A DNA stretch of 64,000 bases, taken from the NCBI GenBank assembly GCA_904379015.1, contig CAJFHG010000012.1, positions 40 through 64,039 on the forward strand, in the 5' to 3' direction. The notes beneath the pieces were generated by a model. The model searched no databases and had not been told where the DNA came from. It saw only the letters and a list, made by a program, of their open reading frames with translations. The translations under genes were made by a program, and so were the position numbers. This DNA is from Candidatus Paralachnospira caecorum (GTDB lineage Bacteria; Bacillota; Clostridia; Lachnospirales; Lachnospiraceae). This document shows, one piece after another, positions 63,936-64,000 of the stretch; positions within the stretch are counted from its first letter, which is position 1, and each line of letters begins with the position of its first letter.

Positions 63936-64000
63936 ATGTATGCAAAACAGCCTAAAAAACTTTTGATCTTGAATATCCTGGATATTCTGCGTAAATATAC
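63936..64000 (+). CDS. N-terminus of a probable WYL-domain transcriptional regulator (runs off the window)
   Basis: MYAKQPKKLLILNILDILRKY, similar in style to the N-terminus of 43824-44537; GAAGGA RBS. Confidence 0.55.
   Translation, partial: MYAKQPKKLLILNILDILRKY

Larger units (their letters stand above)
59528..64000. mobile_element. Left end of a putative integrated element inserted in spoIIID (continues beyond the window)
   Basis: Host gene truncation coincides with a GC drop (hand count ~62% at 58441-58500 versus ~35% at 59761-59820) and accessory-type cargo. No integrase is visible in the window. Confidence 0.65.

Noticed and set aside
1-64000. CRISPR array, tRNA or rRNA
   Set aside because: No regularly spaced 25-40 bp repeats with unique spacers and no recognisable tRNA or rRNA sequence were seen by eye. 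A covariance-model search was not run.

Overview
This is a 64 kb chromosomal window from a GC-rich anaerobic Firmicute, most likely Lachnospiraceae/Clostridia (inferred from gene content and spoIIID). No rRNA, tRNA or CRISPR array was seen. Main regions: (1) 3.8-25.0 kb is an accessory surface/RiPP locus. Its core is two tandem modules, each PqqD(RRE) - radical SAM/SPASM - ~100 aa aromatic-rich peptide - HPr-kinase-like P-loop protein. The first module sits behind a sigma70-type promoter with a G9 tract in its spacer. Flanking genes are a nucleotidyltransferase, an orphan rmlC, a vWA/Spy0128-type adhesin, an Rpn nuclease, an ABC exporter, VanZ, an Ig-like protein and two Wzc-like tyrosine kinases with no polysaccharide polymerase. 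(2) 25-44.5 kb is mostly housekeeping (rpsF-ssb-rpsR, cstA, malQ, DNA repair). It also holds an Lsa-type ABC-F gene with a readable uORF/antiterminator attenuator and a WYL-family regulator that appears to lack its WYL domain. (3) 44.6-57.1 kb is a DeoR-controlled catabolic operon: class V aminotransferase, Opp/Dpp ABC importer, FGGY kinase, M81/MlrC hydrolase and M20 hydrolase. (4) At ~59.53 kb spoIIID is cut off after ...KSTVH and low-GC cargo begins, which looks like the left junction of an element integrated in a sporulation regulator. All product calls come from motif recognition by eye; no database searches were run.
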